This document shows positions 60,586-64,000 of a stretch of 64,000 nucleotides of DNA, one piece after another (the stretch's first letter is position 1; each line of letters begins with the position of its first letter). The DNA is from Ruditapes philippinarum (lineage: Eukaryota). The stretch lies in NCBI RefSeq assembly GCF_026571515.1, contig NW_026862330.1:248001-312000 (forward strand). Direction: 5' to 3'. A model generated the notes under the pieces. It saw nothing but the letters and a program-made list of their open reading frames with translations. It made no database searches and was not told where the DNA came from. The position numbers and the translations under genes are program-made.

Positions 60586-63500
60586 ACAAATATTTCCATG
60601 AATATAAATTTTCGTAAAATTATACAATTTATACCATTTAAACGGATGTGTATAACTGACAATAGCAAAATATTCAGCGTGTTTTATGCATGATTAACTT
60701 AATGTACACTTCTTCTGAGGTGCCAAAAATATATTTAATTTGTTTTTATATGCAAAGCGAACACTCGTTTATCTTTAACTGAAATAAATTTTGAATTTTG
60801 TCCAATAAATAAGTAGTTAACAGATAGAAATTTTATTGCTTGTCGAGCCGACAACTTGGATAATGGGAATTTTAAAAGTTACACTTCTGAAACCAAGTAG
60901 TTTTGATAAAATACTAAATGGAGTGCTTTATTTGTTATGACTGAATGACACCTTTTCAATAAATACCGAGTTTATAATTAGTATACGTGTACCTTATTTG
61001 TTGCTATATCATGTAATATGAACAGTTAAAATACGCGGTAAAATACGGGGGAGACCACTCAACGTGCAAAATGATACTGTATTCTCGTTTTCTAAGAAAG
61101 ATATGTTAGATAGTATTTTAGACAAACATTGAGAAACACGCTATATTATTTCTTATTTACTGGTATTATAGCATTTCTTTTATTGTTGTCGAATAGGTTA
61201 TTACATTTATTTGTTTATATTTTTATTTATAACAAAAGATAATTGACAAACACTTTTAATTAAGTTACATGTTTGCTTACATGACCACATGTTTCCATGA
61301 AATTTATAAAAGCACAACAGAAAAATTAATCTTTTATTAAGTTGTCATGATTAATATTTGCTTATCTAAATACAATGTTTATAAACGAGCTAGCTGTTAC
61401 CGATTCAAATTAATTATCTTATTGAACGATATATGAGAAATTGATAAACAATGGAAACATTTGCGGCAAAGGTCGCAAAAGTCTCTTTTCGGATATCGGT
61501 AAATAATAAGTCTTAATGTACAATTAACCTAATTTATACTTACTGAAAGGGAGCAAATTATACCCCAAGTCAACGTGTATATTATATACTATGATAGATT
61601 GACTAACCTCATATCAACGTCAAAGGTAACACGTGGTGACTTAGAGATAATGCCATCGTTTGACATCTGAGATTGAACTTTTTGTAATAAAAGCCCAGTC
61701 TTCACATTTCGAGAATATCATACTGTATAGTTTTATCTATCTTTTTATTAATAATATATTTCTAAAGATTGGCTATTATAATGGTGATTGACCAATAATT
61801 AATGATGAAAAATGTGCATGATACATAAAAAAAACTACGTAAGCCCTAACGAAACTTTCCACTCTTTTTAAGAATTGAGTGTTGCCGATAATTCGGTAAG
61901 ATATTTATAGAAAATACCGTTGGTAATATGGATTATTGATTAATTGTTCATAGTACAATATAAAACTGAATATATTTATGACAAAACGTCAAGTTATTTT
62001 CATTTTAACAGTTCACAGACCATTTACATTTGGATGGGCATGATATCAGTTCAAGTTTTGCACATGTTATGAATTTAAAGTAACTGAACTGCTAATTGCT
62101 TTCCTTAAAGTCATACATTATGACTATAATTACAAAATCTCATAATTGAATATGTATCCGATATCTTCCATACATTTATACGTTTATCTCGACACTTCGT
62201 TATCTCGACTTTTATCGGCGGTTCCAACGGCTTCGAGATTTCGACTACACGGGTATGATGATGTAATTCCTTGCTTTATTCATCTATATTTTCCTTTGAA
62301 CATTATTTTTGTACCCCATGTATCTTATTTTGCTATGCATAAATAATGTTTTCTCATAAATACAGTCTATTGAAGACGTTTATAGAAGACGGTATTTGTC
62401 TTTTTAAAGCAGTACATTGATTAATTCATTTCAAATAATGTGTAACATACCTAGCTTCTTTAAATGAAATGGCAAATTAAAAATTTAAGCAAAACTTAAA
62501 ATATTTTTTTCTAAATAAATAAAATTGGTAAATAATTTTTCGCACTGCAATGATAATGTTAATAAAATCTATCATAAAGTTTAAAGACTCACAGATAAAA
62601 TATATTTGTTTATACGATTTCGGTACAAATGTTGTTCAGTAAACACTTGTTGTATTGCCGTTAATAAGAAAAATAAAGATAACACAACTAATTAAACATC
62701 AATTCTGGTTCTATAACTCCCGTACCATATGCTACATTACTATGACGCAAACTTTATGCTTGAATCAATAGGTTCTGTCCAGATAGTACTATAAAAGGAT
62801 GGCGCACCACAATGTTAACAATAACCTGCCAGGAGTAGAAGCGGTCAAGGGTGATTATTTCCGATTTTAAATCTAATTTAAATCATATTTCCAAATTACT
62901 AGGTAAGTTTGTTCTCTTTTTCATCATATAAAAATATCAGAGTATTTTAACTTAACGGACTGCAAAACGGTTGGTTTTCTTTGGTTGGGTTTTAAGGCGC
63001 AGCAACACAATAAAGATCATATGGCGCGTCAAATCAAGAAAGATGGTTTTAACTAACTCCTGGTGTCAACACCAAGGGTCAAAACAACCTCACCACCGCA
63101 GCGTATATTTTGTTTTGTTTGCTTTTCGGCGCATCAACTTAGTCTGAGTCATGTGGCGCCTAAACAGGATAACCTCGGGTTTTACAATCTAAGAATTGCA
63201 TAGACTTCAGTTATTCGAACCAATTTACTATCACTCAGGGATAAACGATGGCAGCAATTCTGATGCCTAAATCCTTAAAGACAATCCTTCAGCCACAAGG
63301 GAGCTACAAAACTGTTGGCATTAGACATTAGAATTGAAACACATTCTTAGAAACGTAACATTGCGTTTTGACAGAAACATGATATTCCGATTTATATTAC
63401 AAAACCTTGAACATTTTGTTTTACATGTCAACTTTTACAAAGAAAATAAAATAAGACAGCTAGTAAACATTCGTCAGGCAGTGGTATTTTACACGTGAGA

Positions 63501-64000
63501 TTGCAAAGATACTAAAGTTTTTCAAACAAAATACGGTAGTATAAAAATCAAGGGGTCTATATTTTACCTAAATTTTATTTAATGACTTCAATGGTCTAAA
63601 AATAAAGATGTTCGTTAAAGTATTTGATAAACATATCCTTCCTTATAAATTATAATAATAAAGTATGGGAAGGGGGGGGGGGGGGTAATCAAGTAAATAC
63701 ACTGAACGTATTCATGTGTATTTCTGTAAAAGTATATTGCGACTAAAAAGGCTCTACATTCAAAATTTCACGATATTGATGTTTAAATATTGAATTCTGC
63801 TTAAGCCGGTGCCATTTTCCAGTTTTCTCTTTCAGGCGTACTTTAAGGATTCTGTTTTTCTCTATTTTATATATATGGGGAGTTAAGAAGAATGCTACAC
63901 AGAAAAATATATGATAACAATGTATTAAATTTATTTTTGTACACTGCATTATTGTTATTTTTCTGTTCCTCCGGGATAACTGATTCCAGTATTAATGTTT

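Overview
AT-rich, intron-containing animal genomic DNA; the repeat types and gene families suggest a bivalve mollusc (inference). The ORF track mostly misses the main content, which is a tandem cluster of six intact 4-exon genes (A-F, 3161-52779; 176-196 aa). I assembled them by hand from GT-AG splice sites. Each encodes a signal peptide, a C-x4-C pro-region and a C-terminal cystine-knot domain whose spacing matches the Spaetzle (Toll-ligand/neurotrophin-like) family, but the seventh (non-knot) cysteine is relocated. All 18 introns are phase 2. The cluster is flanked on the left by the last exon of a VWC2/brorin-like gene with a Lys/Ser repeat tail, and on the right by a 733-aa RING-B-box-B-box-coiled-coil-NHL-type TRIM gene. 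Between paralogs B and C lies a 15.9-kb IS3EU-type DNA transposon (TACGG..CCGTA ends, ~410-bp TIRs, 6-bp TSD, decayed DDE transposase) inserted into a MITE of its own superfamily and filled with nested repeats. There is also a truncated Penelope-like element with a minimal hammerhead ribozyme, plus SINE-like elements, HINE-like elements, hairpin elements, satellites and a 488-N assembly gap.
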